Origin: Octopus bimaculoides
Taxonomy: Eukaryota
DNA length: 62,423 bases
Reading direction: 5' to 3'
Assembly: GCF_001194135.2 (NCBI RefSeq)
Contig: NC_068997.1
Coordinates: 25,057,758 to 25,120,180 of the forward strand
Shown: positions 62,400 to 62,423 of the stretch, one piece after another
How the letters are laid out: each line of letters begins with the position of its first letter
Position numbering within the stretch: position 1 is the first letter of the stretch
Translations under genes and position numbers: made by a program
Notes under the pieces: model-generated
Database searches by the model: none
Seen by the model: only the letters and a program-made list of their open reading frames with translations
Told to the model about the DNA's origin: nothing

Positions 62400-62423
62400 T
62401 TCGAAATTTCCCCAAGACACCTG
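62400..62423 (+). repeat. Inverted copy of the pLTR, cut by the window edge
   Basis: TTCGAAATTTCCCCAAGACACCTG is the exact reverse complement of 62337-62360. Confidence 0.95.

Overview
Eukaryotic (animal) genomic DNA that is AT-rich, extremely microsatellite-rich and interrupted by about 25 N-gaps. The repeat families (tRNA-derived SINEs, mariner/maT fragments, Penelope-like terminal repeats) are most consistent with an octopus/coleoid cephalopod draft assembly; this is inferred from recalled repeat motifs, not from a search. No complete protein-coding gene can be supported, and almost all ORFs in the supplied track are microsatellite or N-gap artefacts. Supported content: four fragments of R4/Dong-like RLE non-LTR retrotransposons, two L1/Tx1-like ORF2 3' ends, a decayed Penelope-like RT, mariner and maT-like transposase fragments, two Helentron/DINE-like non-autonomous elements, many SINE copies, an orphan 18S-rRNA/ITS1 junction, and a few low-confidence + strand exon candidates. 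The most interesting signals are RNA-structural: a complete minimal type I hammerhead ribozyme in an inverted Penelope-like repeat at the right end, a second near-complete hammerhead 300 bp away, and a two-copy repeat carrying the hammerhead core segments in a non-canonical order. Also notable are a 3' tail shared between Tx1-like LINEs and a SINE, a 24-bp-phased E-box array, and a ~450 bp foldback element. Coordinates and identities were counted by hand, so element boundaries are approximate.
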